A DNA stretch of 64,000 bases from Takakia lepidozioides (lineage: Eukaryota > Plantae > Bryophyta), in the NCBI GenBank assembly GCA_030704615.1, contig CM060733.1:4898001-4962000 (forward strand), given 5' to 3'. The position numbers and the translations under genes are program-made. How positions within the stretch are numbered: position 1 is the stretch's first letter; each line of letters opens with the position of its first letter. Under the pieces are notes generated by a model. The model did not search any database. It saw only the letters and a list, made by a program, of their open reading frames with translations, and was not told where the DNA came from. Below are positions 36,004 to 49,800 of the stretch, in pieces.

Positions 36004-39000
36004 GCACGACGCACCACCGATGCTCTTCCAACCCTCTCCTTTCAATAATAGAATATCATCTCAATTTCATTTCACACCACATAAATTCTCAGGGCCCAAT
36101 CTCTCTCCCTACTTAAATATTTTCCTTGGACTCTTAATTTGATGAACAGCCTGGGCCTCCGTCCCCAACAAGTTTATTTAAGAAAATAAAAAATAAAAAC
36201 TCTTTAATTTCGCATATTCTCCGGATTCACACTGCAGCACTAATAATGAACTCTTTTCGTTCCCTTCAACTTACAGCACGGAAATCAATATTCGTAAATC
36301 ATTATATATATTCTTAATTCATTATAGTATCCGTCCCCTCTCGCGCCGGGGGACATTATCCAAACAGCACACCTGTCCCAACGACACGTGTGAGGGCCGG
36401 GGGGGGCAGCAAAGCGCCCAGGTAGTTAGGGGGGGCTATATAGTAGGCGGCGGGCAGACACGTACATCCCGAGGCGGCGCACATGGCCGCAAACGATATG
36501 GGATAAATGGTTTACTTTATTACCACCACGCCATGCCCCAATATATCCCTGCCTCACGTTGCTGCTGCCCGTCTAGCATGTACCTACCTGCCATGCTTTC
36601 CACCCCTCCCTTTTGTACCTGCCATACTTAATCTACATCAACCTGTACCTTGTCCTTTATTGGGGCGCCGTGCCCTGTCGCCCTTTGAAACCCCGGGCTG
36701 TGCTCTGCTGGCCTGCCCCTGCCTTACTAATGTTGGGCTTTCCGTGGCTGAGTCGTCAACCAGGAAATGAACGAGGCCTCTATAAATATAGCCTTTCTAT
36801 TATTATTGTTCCTCCCTTGACTCCGCTGCCCAAGCCCCTCTGCCTCATCACTGCTCTCCCGCTCAATCATTCCTCCATTTTTAGGACAGCTATCATCACA
36901 CTTTGGGACTCCTGACTCATCATTTGAATGCTTGTTTAGCACCGATGGGAGTAATTACCTCATTTGGTTTTGCTATCCCTGTTTTTTCCAAAAATTTATA
37001 AATTGCCCAGGTTTTTTTCCTAAAAGATAAGAGGGGATGGTAGCCCTCATAGTGTATTAAAAAGGTAAGGAAAAAATTGCCCACTTAAAAAAAAAAAAAT
37101 TATAGGAGAAAGGGGAGGAAGCCCAGGTTTCCATGACCAAAAAAAAAGAAATTGCTATCCCTGTTCTGTGTCTTAATTAGACATGCCACTTTGCTGGGCC
37201 CCTGAAGACCCATTTGCTAATCTAATAGTAATGGGTTTTTTTGGTTCATTTTCTTGTATAGCACCATCTAGTTGAAGTATCAGATCTTATTTTTGAGTCA
37301 GTCACATTCAGTCACTCCCAAGAGGAAGCATGGCCTCAAATATTAATATAAAAATTAAGTGATATTTATATTTTAGTTGGACTTGCTTGCTGGCTAGACC
37401 TAACACCTAACGTACAGAGTACAAACGTGCAAAGCAAGCCTCACCCATTTGAGTGGTAGACGTATGAGTAGCAGCTATTGGAGCAAAACCCTAATATAAT
37501 AACTTGCTCATTACATTTCTAAAGCTGCAACTTACTAATGATACCCCAATTTAATAAGCAGGCTTATTGTAGACAATGGGGTTTGTTAAGTGATAAAGCA
37601 ATGCGATGAATATAATAAGTAGGACATCCCAAAAGTCCAGTTCATTGCGAAACATGCCCTGGATTTGTGGCCTGACTGGGAACTTTCCAAATCCCTGATA
37701 TAGAAACGAGCAGATCTGCTGGCTCCTACCAGTTGGCTCAAAAAGCTGCAGCTTACCAATGATCCATAACTGAATAATGGATGCCCTAATAATAGACAAG
37801 AGAGACGGCTCCTTGAGCATGGACGCAGTTCAGCCACGTTGCCTTGTATGTCCTGTGCTTTCACCTCCACAACTCGTCTGGGCTTGGAGTTTGGACAACC
37901 CCCAATTACCCACTAATTCAGAGATTAGAACTGATTAGGAGTGTTTTCAGTTGGTAAGCAAATTGTTAGTTGGTGGTAGGTAGACTAATAAGCGTCACTT
38001 GCTTTAAAAAATAAAAATAAACAGGTCACTGCCTAAACCCTGATGAGTATATTCATGATGATTGTGGTTGAGCTGACTGAGGGATTTGCTCACACAAGGG
38101 GAGCCATAATTTCACATCTTGGGTATGGCCAGTCTGGCCTTCCCTCAATAGAAAGTTTGGTTACCTGATTTTGCCAGTTATAAGACTGTCCAGACTGTGG
38201 GCAAATCTGATCTAGTGGGTGGTGGATGGTAACTTTGTTTTGTGAAAGGAGGAGTAGAATTAGGAGAGGTGAGCCTGATTAGTGAGAAATTAGTTGTGTG
38301 TACTGTGAGCGGTTTATGAAGGGATTAAAGAGGCCCACATCCACATTGCTACACAATCCAAGTACTGTTCAGTGCTGCGACGTCAGTGTACTGTTGCAAT
38401 CCCATAAAGCCGAAATTGCAGGCAGAGTTATGGTCTATCCTGCAAGGCACAATTTCAGAGTACCGCTCATATTCACTGACCCAGTTTCACTGCCACTCCC
38501 GCTAGTGATGAACCGTCAAACCAGTACCCTACTATTGCTGCCTGCCAAGTGCTGATTAATATATCTTTTGGTGCACTAACTCATTGTATGAAGTTATCAA
38601 AGTTATGGGTTTCCACCAATGTCCAGCTCATACTGTGACTCCTTGATATTTTGATGGATTCTGCTGATATTTGAAGAAGGCAGCTGATTCACAAGCCACA
38701 CAGTAGAATAACTGGGCCCAAGATTAGGCTGCACCTCTCCTATTTGTGAGTAGAGCCAGAGTGTATTATGATGAAGGGGCTTTGCATCTTCTGTGAGTAC
38801 GATTCTGAGTACTGGGGAAGGCTGATTTGTAGGGTGAAAACTTGAATATCGGAGACGGAGTGAAAGTTTTGCAGCCACATTTTGCACAATCTATTTTGAC
38901 TATTAATACTTGGGTGCAGGTACCATATGCACGTGGAAGGCGAAGGTAGGACATAAAGACAGGGCTCATTTATTATGTCCTTTTTACTCCTTCCGTTTCG

Positions 39001-40887
39001 TCCAACTGCTCCTGCAATCCCTGTCCTGTGTAACTGGGCTTTCCTGGGTGCTATATTTGTCCCTGACAGTCCTGCCTTACACTCCGAGCAAAAAGCAAGC
39101 AAAAGGAGGGGACTATTTAGGGATGACTTGTTGATAAGGAGACACCTCCTCCCCCACTTTTTCCAAGTAAAAGACAAAACACGAGTCTGCCTTTACTGTG
39201 GTCGGCACTCTTCCTTTATGCCTTCGGCGGTAAGGCGTGTTGTGACATGAATAATTTTTTTGTTCATGTTATTCCTCTTATTCCATCTTATTGTTCATCG
39301 ATCTGAATGCCTAAAAATTGCAACCCAACAGCAATACTTCAACGATCAACACCAGAATAACACCTTGCAATCCTCTAAAAATGCAAGTATGTGATGTGCT
39401 TAGGGTCATGTCGCTTAACTTGGAGTGTCCGTGACCCCCTTACCGTCACTTTTGTGATGGTGCTTGTTGCATTTTTAGATGATTTGCATTGCACGTTTGG
39501 GAGACGGTGGAGATTGATACATTATAAGATTGTTGTCAGCACATCATATAAAGATTTTTCGTTGCTTCAACAAGGTCTCGCATACCATATTTCCCAACTC
39601 TGAATCTTTACATATTTAGGTCCCAAGACTTTTCAACAGGCTCTCTCAATAATAACAAACCACTATCGACATATTAAAAAGCAACTGTGCAACAAACTGC
39701 TTACAACATCATCCTCACAGGCTCATACATATGTCACACCACTAGAATTATCATCTGCAACACAATTTCCACCACCATTTTACTGATGAACCAAATCGAA
39801 AGGTAGCAACTTGTAACTTTGCAAACAAAAAAAACCTTTGAAATGTTACCACCCTACTGTAATGTTCTACAGTAGTCAAAAGTCAAAGAAGGAGAGTAAC
39901 TTGGAGTGAGGTAAAGAGAAGCAAGTGAGACTGTAGTGAGCAGAAGAGCAGCAGGCTATAATAGGACAGTACCAAAGATTGCTAGTGATTCACTATATAT
40001 TTAGTCACTTGGACTCACTACCCACCCATAATACTCTGTCCCTTCACCCAGTCACACTGAATTATTTTTAGGACCGTGACAAAGCACTCACCCTTGCTCG
40101 TGCCCTAAATACGGCAACTTCTAACCCAAGTAACATGCCTGCTAATTTTGAGACCAGCACAGGGAGCCGCCGTCTAGTCAGGTTGACCAGGGTTAGTGAC
40201 GCTGACCAGTGGCTTCCGCTATATCCAGCACTAATTCTGACTCCCTAATCATTTGCCGCACTGGAACTGTGACTGCCGCTGTTTTTAGTGTCGGAGCAGC
40301 TAAATAATGCGGGGGGTTTTAGCCTAACCAGGTACCGTGACAGTGAGGGTGGCACCCGGTTACCACTATTAACTATGATTAGCTGGGGTCTTAATTAATC
40401 ATTAGGGCACAAACTACACTGCGCGGCGGGCCGCCCAGAATGATCACCCGTGACGTGGCCCCTGGTCGATCCATCCCTCCTCTGTGTTGTCCGAACAGGG
40501 CATTCCCGACGTCGGAAAGAAAGAAAATCCGGGGAATTGTAAAGTGATAGATTTTTTCATAGTTGTGGATGAAAACAATTTACTGTATGATTTGTAAGTT
40601 AAAGAAAAGTTAGATGATGACTATAACAGAATTTTCCATCCTAGGCAGATTGATAGAGATGGGAATTCTGTGTGGATGAAAAATAGGCTCCATCGATTTT
40701 ATTTTTTTCACGTCGATGATGGAGGTCATTCACAAGCAGACAAATTAGCATGCCCGACGATTATGATGAAATACTTGATATTTTCTAAGGAGCACAGGCC
40801 GAGTTTTGGAGAGAGAAAGACTATTACTTTTACTATTATTATTATGAAATTTACTAGATTCATAATGTACTTTATTTGGATATAGTG

Positions 40888-41302
40888 AAGCAAGGGATAG
40901 ATATGAACAAATAGAGTGCCCAATGGCGAAACGCCCATCGGTAGGTCGGTTTATACTAAAGCAAGGGATAGATATGCACAAGTAGAGTGCCCAATGACGA
41001 AACGCACATCGGTTAGGTCGGTAGGAACTGTAAATTGTCATCGGTTTTTGACATTGTAGGTTTCATAGCATAAATCTTAGTGTTGGTGGACTATCGTTTT
41101 CTTGGATAAAAGCAAGTGATACGTATGTGTATGATCACCATCATCCGTAGTGAAGCCCAGATGAGAAGCATTTGCATCGTCATCGGTTTTTCTTGTAACG
41201 ACAAGGTTATTGATTAGATCTTAGTGTTGGTGGACTATTGTTTTCTTAGATAAAAGCAAGTGATACGTATGAGTATGATCACCATCATCGGTAGTGAAGC
41301 CC
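40888..41302. repeat. Two adjacent pairs of short direct repeats (~70 bp x2 and ~85 bp x2)
   Basis: AAGCAAGGGATAGATATG..TAGGTCGGT near 40888 and 40959. ATCTTAGTGTTGGTGGACTAT..GTAGTGAAGCCCA near 41074 and 41218. Confidence 0.8.
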
Positions 41303-42561
41303 ATTTACAAACTTGGGGAATCCTCCCACACACAAATCTTGTCACCCCGACCCACAAAAAGACCGGCATGACGTATTATTATTATTTTGTCCGGTGTTTC
41401 ACTTGCCCACGTCCCCTGAACGCATTACAAACTCTTGTTGTAATTATGTTTTTTAAATTCAATAATTTCTAAAAAAGGCAGAAAAAAGATGCATTATTTA
41501 CTTTGGTCGCTGTCACTTGTTATTATTACCCCAAACCGCATCATGCACAACCTATAATTAACACACTAATTAACCACGACCGACCGCGCCGCTATCCAGA
41601 TCACAGCAAGAAAAACATAGAGACCAACATTTGTCACATTCTCGCCGGTCTTCCGCTCAGATTATCCAACATCTCACAAAAACAAAAGTTTCATAATTAT
41701 ATTTATCAAATTTATTTAAAAAAAAGTTTCATAATTATATTTATCTATTTATTTAAAACAAAAGTTTCATAATCATTCAAGAAAATCGGCCACCCCCCTA
41801 TTTTGCTATTTACTAGTTACTAGTTACTACCACCCCCCATATATAACATGCCCTATTTCCACATTATTTATAATTTTACCTGGGAGGCAAGGGCAGGAAT
41901 CGCGACGTGAGAGTAAAAAACGTGAAACTGCAGACGTGGGCTCAACTCGAGTGCATGAAATGCATGTGCTCTCATCTATTTTTACGGCCCGCGGGCAGGC
42001 CAGCCCCGGGCAGCAATGCCTATGCAAATGGCATGGGAGCGTGGATGGATGGATGGATGGATGGATGGAGGGACACAGACGCAGAGTCATCGCCGAGTCG
42101 TCTCGTAGAGCGCCAGCGAAACTGTGCGCACTGCGGGCCCGCCATCGCTGCGCTCTCTCGCACCTCCCACGCTGCTCGCTTGCCCTCCATTCCTCGCCTT
42201 CATAAGTAGCACAATCTCCTCATTGTTTCATCTCCGCAGGTTGCATCTGCAGTTGCGAGAAATCCACTCTGCAACTCCAGTGCTTGCTGTGTTGTATCCA
42301 GTGAGTGCTGTTGAGTTGTGGGAGGGTCTGGTATCCCCTTTGCTGTTTTGGGCTTAGCGGTGTATCGCTGAGAAGCAGCTCCAGGTGGGAGACGAAGGAG
42401 ATAGAGCTTTTGGGGAGAGGTTGGAATACATGTGTGGTGGTAGTTCATCTACCGTCGCTGCCTGCCTTGGAATCGGCAGCGCACCGAGTGTGTGCGAGGT
42501 GGCTTGCGCTTCGGTTTCCCATTGTTCTCTGGCGTACCAAGTTTTGCGCCTGAGCGAACCT

Positions 42562-44518
42562 ATGGCACCGTCGTCGTCTCCACGTGTTGGAGCTTTCCGA
42601 GCTTGCGTGAGGAACCGTGATCCCAATGACCCGACTTTTGCCTGCGAGGCTCCTGCGAGTAAGAGGTTCTGTGCAGCAGGCCTGGAGTTTTCAAAGGATG
42701 GGTTGAAGAAAGCGGGTAAAGAAAGTTTGGAATTTAAAGGTGGCCAGATTTGTAAGCTCTCGGAGGTGAGAGAAGCTGTCCCGATTGAGGTTGATGTGGT
42801 GAGATGTGAGGCTTCGGGGCCGGCCACTCCTCCTCCCCGTGAAGAGTGTGACCGGAAGCCGGGTCTGGGCTGGGACAGCCTTGAGCCAAGCATCATGGCG
42901 CGCATTTCCCGTTCTCTTTCCACGGCCGATTTGTGTCGCATGTCTCAGGTACTGTACTGTGCAGTTCACGCCTTGTGGAAGATATCGGGGGAATTCTGTG
43001 ACGTGCTTGCATTTCTCAACTTCAAACATACGCTGTGGAAGTTTCTCGCTTATCTTTCTCAGACGCGATGGTTAGAAATGTGTGGAGATAGAGGTAAATT
43101 AGAGGTTTTGTAGTGCCCAGCGATTAGTTAATCCGTTGTCTTGATCTTCAATCTGCCCAGCAGCTAGTGGAGTATTGTTTTGACGTGTTGTGTGTCTTGT
43201 AATGTGGGAACAGGTGAGCAAGCATTACCAGGAGTTGTGTACGAGGGATGACTTGTGGGAATGTCGGGCAGCCGAGAAGGGCTTCAGCAAAGCAGTAGCC
43301 TATGAAAGTTGGCTCTGGAATTACAAAACCGCCATCTCTGGCGTGCTGCATGCCTCTCCTCTTACAAGTGTCACGGAGTTTCAATTCTGCGGAGATGTGG
43401 CCATCGTTGATCCGTAAGTAAACAGTGTCTCACTTCAGATAGTCCTATGGAGTATATGCAGGTTGTCATTCACTTGGTTCCTGACAATTCTTGAAGGAAG
43501 AGGTTCTACGCAGTTCTACGCTCAAGTGGTACTAAAAGTTCTGACAATGATATGACTGTTTCTTTGCACAGATTCGAGCTTTTCTTCGCGGGAAAATCTA
43601 ACAAAGCCCGCCAGGCTGAGTTGAAGCACATAGTGAGGGAATTTAAGGACACCGACTTGGTGCTTACATATCGTGGCGTCCAAAGTGTTATCTTGCGTGC
43701 AAGCTGTGCCATTGACGATGACGAAAGTGCTTTCGAAGTCTTCCGAGGTGGTGATGAGGTGGGAGCTAATGTGACGAGCTCAGGAGTAGTGGCGGTGGTG
43801 CCCAAGAAACTAGTCGATCAATTTGTCGATGAGAACGGAGGTCTGCCCCTAGAGAATGCGGTTATTGTTGTGGGTGTTAATGGTGTTCTCCGGAGTAGCT
43901 TGGATGGAGATTTTATCCTCAGGCACCCGGAGCCTGTAAGGGGAACGCTTGTTGAGGTCCCATACAGCGGAGAGATGGACTACGCTGATGTCGTCTGCTC
44001 CACAGGTAGTTCTTTTGTCTGCTTCCTAGTCATATATGTAGTACCGGGTGTAGTGTCGGTTGGGGGAAGTATCCATGGATATTGCTCCCTTCGACTATTC
44101 AAAGTATTGTGATCAAATCTTTTGCACGTAAGGTGCACTACACCGTTCGCCCTTTGCGGCACAGGTCCTTGAAGCTCTGGCCTTTTATTTCTGGTGGTTG
44201 AGAAATTCATAACATTCCGGATGTTAGAAGCTGTCAATATTTTACTGATCCCTCCAGATTCCAATGAAGCCTGTGAAAGGAAGTCATGAATCAGTTGCAA
44301 ACTGATGCTTGTAAGTCGTACCTCCATTTGACTGACAGGCCGTACCCATACTCATTGCAGGTGGCAGTTGGACTGAAGATAGCGATAGTGAATACGACGA
44401 TGAGGAGTTGACGGAGGAAGAGATGGCAGAGGCGATGCAAGAACTCGAGGAAGAAAGTAGGACCTTCAATGTTGGACTCCTAGAGTTTTCGAAAGGCAAA
44501 GCTGCTCTATATTCATGA
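42562..44518 (+). CDS. F-box protein, 4 coding exons (42562-42948, 43214-43413, 43572-44005, 44361-44518)
   Basis: GT-AG introns with compatible phases (0, 2, 1). The spliced F-box is WDSLEPSIMARISRSLSTADLCRMSQ|VSKHYQELCTRDDLW. The acidic C-terminus ends in TGA at 44516-44518. An in-frame upstream ATG at 42430 is an alternative start. Confidence 0.85.
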
Positions 44519-46845
44519 AGGCCACTCAGGGGTCTCGTAACTCTAGTAGAAGGAAGATGTGTTCAGTTGTCCGCAAGCCCTCATCCATGTCAATGCTGGA
44601 CTCGTAAAGAAACGACACTCCTGTAATTAAATCCAATTTTTTGGGGTGAGGAAGGTAGGATATTCATACTTCATTGTAGGAGAGATACTTTTGGAAGTGT
44701 ATGGCGTAGCTAATTCGGCTATATTGTACGTTACTGTTGATGAAAACCAGTCGACATTCATGCGATCTTTCTGAAGATATTCATTTGTACTGCACACATG
44801 TGCGTCTTCTCTTGGACACTGTTCTCTGGCATCCTTGTGTGTGAGGCTTGTAAGCTTTTCTCCTTTCCCTCGAGTTGTGTTAAGTATGGATTCATGCTAC
44901 AGTGGAATGGATTCATAACAGTTCTCTCTGTTCCAGATAAATCTCTGGAAAATCAAGTACTGGCTCTGTACTTTGTTCGCAAACTGAAGGATCGTTTGCC
45001 TCCAATGAAATTGCATATCGCTTGCTAGCCACGAGAAGTCGGTACACTGTCACTTGTCCAGAAATGTTCTTTAAATGGGTCTTCGCCAAACAAAATACGG
45101 CCGACAGACAGTCAACCGTATGCATGACAGCGACTTCACCGCTTATTCCTCCACACGTGCCGAGATATGTATTTGAAAACTGTGGTCTCGTCAAAGACAG
45201 GTATCGAAAGTGAGCTCGTACGATCTCGAGAGGTCCTATGTCTCACAGTGTGTGGCACGAACTGAGAATAGACAATCCCTACCACATTGACTGTTGCAGT
45301 ACGCACTGCACTTGTTTATTCACAGTGCAGCGTGACATGGTTGTGACACCGTTGTCGTGTACAAATTTGCTGCGTGACTTGGGCTCCATGACTAAATGAT
45401 CTGTCTGGGCATACTGGGAGCAATTTGTTCTGCCGATAACACATGATCTTTTTTGGAATATCTCACATCGTGTGGGTAAAATTTTGTTTCTGGCACGAGC
45501 AAGTAGTCGGTGGATTGTTTGCAAGTGGAGACAAACACAGATAAAAACATGTTCCAAGTTTGAATGATACAGCTTCGATGAACTGCACATTGCAGCTAGG
45601 AGTTTAGTGAAGAATCTTGTTGTGTTCTCTGGCCTTACCCAATGGCTCCTTTATGTTGGAGAAGGAACAGAGTGCCAATCGTGTTTGTGGTGGGATCACA
45701 CCATTGCGGACCAACCCGAGGAGCACAGAAGGTAGCAGCCGAGAATCAAGCAGAAGAGACGATCATAATCAAACAAAACTGCCGCGAGCATGAGGTAATG
45801 TGACGCAATCTGATCCCACGAGTGCATCCAGCAGTGCAGCAGACATGAACAAATTCAGAGCAAACAGTGAACCAGCTTCAGAAGTAAAGCTTGGTCCAAG
45901 TCCAGGAGCTTCCCTCGTCACCAATTAATCTCGCGTCTAACCATCAAACTCCAGGAGGGCGCTGCGCTCTGGAGACCAGCACTCGACCAGCACCATGCCC
46001 CTGGACTTCTCTCCCCTCCCGCACTTGTGTTGCTTGAAAATCTCTGTGGATTGTGCCTAGCTATTCCTCAACATCTGCTTTGTGGGCCTCTTGCTTCCGA
46101 TGGCTGCAGACGCAGTGTTGCGGATAGCACACACAGGCGAGGGTGGTGGCCCGCTGCTTTTTTTTTTTTTCGCTGCTTCCATAAATTACTTCATAATACG
46201 TTTTGAGTGTGACCGTTTGCTATGAAAACATAATATCTGTTACTTCTCGACACCTAACGGATGGAATATCCCTCTCATGCAGCTTTTAGATTCCGGGGTC
46301 TCTTTTTCCGTCCGCCACGATTTCAATCCAGAGCTGAATGAACAGCGCCATTGCATTGCCAATAGAACCTTCGTAGAGTATGTAAACACATGGCGAATAA
46401 ATACCATCCGTTAATAGCCCACATAATCTCATCCCAAAATGACCTAATCCTTGAATATTTGTACCATGGGCACATTAATATTACTTGCCACCTTTTGGAG
46501 CAGCGAGTTGTATGGTTGCTTGCTGAATTACAGTGTCTGGCCAGGCCAAAGCTAAGTCGGCTTTCGAATGACCCTGCAAGTATATGTGAAATGATGAAGT
46601 GAGTCCTGTATTGTGCACAGAATCTCATCGTACATGATGTCGAAAATCTAATATGGCGGGTATCCTCAGGGATTGTTTGCCAGAAACAAGGGAAGGTTGT
46701 GCAAATGCGATTGGGTTTAAAGACACTTCTACAAAATCTGTACCTAGGTATGTGTACCAATGAATCATGGCTAGGTCAATGCAATGCAATTGTCATGGTG
46801 AAAATCTGCGATAGTAGAGAGGCTCTGTGAGAAGAGGAAGTCAGG

Positions 46846-49800
46846 TTATAATCTATAGAGAGGGGTGAGGCCCAGGAGCTTGAAGCACTCTCGCATAACA
46901 GTTGCTGTGGCCTCGCAAATCAACAGGCGACTTGTCTCCTCGTTGGAATCCAAGACCTGCTCCACAATTCTCACAACCACTTATGAGTAGACATCGCAGT
47001 CCACCAAAGCATCACACTGCATCTCAGGCTCAAGGCCAATCTGTGACATGAAAAAGTGACTTCTACACTGCCATTGATGTCAGGAACACACCTGCCAAAT
47101 AGCATTCTCATTGACTGGCCCAGTAAGCACAGGCTATGACATAGCTTTGACGGCATTTAGTTTGGGGGATGATTAACCTCCTACCACTATTGCCACAGTG
47201 CTTGATGACAGCCAACAACAATCCAGTTACAGGTTGACGGACAGTTGACTTAAGGACTGACATCAACACCATACTGGTCAGCACAATCTTCATTCCAGCC
47301 TGGTACAAGAGCTTCCCACTAAAGATGGATGTGCAAATGAGTGTGATTGCTATGCCAGTGTAGTCCAAAAAGGACAGGGAAGCGGAGAGGAAAGGTGCGC
47401 TGCGGCGGGAGAGGAGGTACCTTGCAGTTACTGTAGAACTCTGTAAACTTCTCAGACAAATTGTAGAGATACTCGCACAATGTGTTTGGCAGAAGATCGG
47501 TCACAGCATCCTCAACAAACTGACCCAAGATTCCATCCATCCAAAGCGCCACCAATATAAAACTTGTGAGTGCCCATCTTCATAGTAACCTCACATTTGT
47601 GGTGCACAGAACCTCCCCCAGCCCCCCTTCAACCACCATGACCTCTGTTTAAGATAAGGTGTGGAAATAGACAGGATCAGATTCAACAAGGTATGCAAAA
47701 TGGCACTATTCCCCTGCGCCTTATCAGTTACTTTAAAGAAGACTATGTTGCTCTTTGAACAGCAACAGTACCTCGCCAAACTGAACAAGCTGGAGCCCGA
47801 GTTGGCGCTCGCTTGGATGCTCTAGCTTGAGAGTGCCACTCTGACACAAGCCCACACAATCTTTGAGGATCTGCATTGACTGTACACCAGCTCCGTGAAC
47901 CCAACCTTTGCTTCTTTTGGAGGCTGATTACTGAATTTGAGATTTAACAGTCAGAAACCTCTGGCCACTTGCTATGCTAATCTGCTAAGTTTGACCACCT
48001 TCCTTTTGTGTTCATCGGAGGAGAAACTTGCACCAATGACAAGGTTTAGGTCTATCTTCTTTTGCACAACGAAGTATGTTGGAGAACAGTTCAGAAGCAG
48101 TTCTCTGCAGAGCTTGCAGTCACAAACTCCCCATCAGGTAGCCCAAAGACCAGATAGCTAAACCATGGAAACTTATAGCTCTGTCAGTTCCCCTTCGCGC
48201 ACCAGGGTGACTACTAACAAGCTTGCAGAACCTCTACACGTACTGTAATCAACCAAGCTCAATTATCCAGCAGCCTATTACAGGTCCTGGCTCTAAAGCT
48301 GGTATGAATAACCTTGAGCACCTGCACTCATCAAGGAGAAATGAAATTTGGAGACAGATCTGAGCAGTAGGAACCCCACCTGTTTCAGCTGCTCGATGTC
48401 CTTCCCTGACTTACGGATGATTGAACAAATCCGAGCATGTGCATACAGCAGATACACGGCCGTATTACCCTGCACATTAAGGGGTTAGATAGAACAGTAC
48501 CGGCCCTTTACAAATGAATGGATACTCAAATGGCTAAAAGACCATGTGACAGAAAATGTCCAAGAAATCCGGTCATTTCTAAAATCCTCAACAAACAGCC
48601 AAGCAAGATGTCAAGAGAAGCTCGGGAGGACCTCCATTTCGAGGCTCAGATTGTACACACATGCACACACAAGGCTTTCTGACTAATGTCCGGAGGTCAA
48701 CCAGTTGCAGACTGATGTAACTGTTGATTTTGAGTTCACTTAAGACTACCATGATGTGCTATTGCAAACCCAAGAGCTACTCTAGTATAAAAGTATCCCG
48801 TCACTGCAACATCATATCACAGTCAGAGATAAATCTGACCTGAATCAGAGCCTTAGGTGACATGCCTTTCTGGGATGTAATATGCAGTTAGTAACTCACA
48901 AACAAAGGCCCTACAGTTCAATTTATGAGCTGGAATTACCCGTGGATCCAGCATCTGATCAAAATTGAACGTGTAATTGGTGACCCTGTTGTTCTTCAGA
49001 TCAGCGTATCTGCATAATTGATCCATGGATCCAGGGATGGACAGATTTAGGATCAGATGCCATTGCACACTTCTTTCTCCATTGACATTTAGTGATTCAG
49101 AGAGCAGGTACACAGGGACATGAGGTATGTAGGTACTTGACAGCGCCATAGCCTAGGGCTTCAGAAGCATGCTCCAGCTCCTCAGGAGTCCACTGATCCT
49201 CCCTCCCTGCATCATGGAAGGTAGAAATTCATATTCAGGCAAATCCTGAAAATCATCCTCCTTAATTTCCGATAAACTTGTCCACCTAAGGATGCATCCC
49301 TCAAGTTCAAGATATGAGTGACAGTTCTCCACTCATGCTGTTCATGCTTTGGTGCTGGAATTGAGCACAAAGAAGGTGATACTGATGTATCAAGTAAAGC
49401 ATATACTACAATGCAACAACTCAAACCTTCACACTCCAACAGGCTCTCATCACCCAATCACAACAAGCTCTGAGTAACTGCAAACATACGCGCCCCTTTA
49501 ATGAGCAGGACCTCAAATGCAAGTCAGAGATGAAGAAAAAGTTTACCTCGGTCAATAAGCCCTTGCATGCTCCGGCTTTTGGCCTCATCTAGCAGATCCA
49601 CCAGGCGCACAACCTCTGTGCTGCGCGTACGGAAGCGCTTGCCATCTGTGCCCAGCACTAGGCCGAAGCCAACATGCTTGGCCCTTGGATGTTGTGCCTC
49701 ACCTTCTGGCAGCCACCCTGCTCGCTTGGCTGCCTGCGAACATCTAAGTTAGTTGGTTTACCCCTCCACATAATAGGCCACTGTCTTCCTTCAGGAGCGG

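Noticed and set aside
37550-39250. Possible decayed Cys-rich transposase or gene on the minus strand
   Set aside because: Only scattered CxxC motifs in different frames, which is not enough to support a call.
42354-42941. 195-aa minus-strand ORF
   Set aside because: Antisense shadow of GC-rich F-box exon 1, with no recognisable motif.
42385-43113. 242-aa single-exon ORF as listed in the track
   Set aside because: It reads through the first intron. Splicing at 42948/43214 is needed to complete the F-box.
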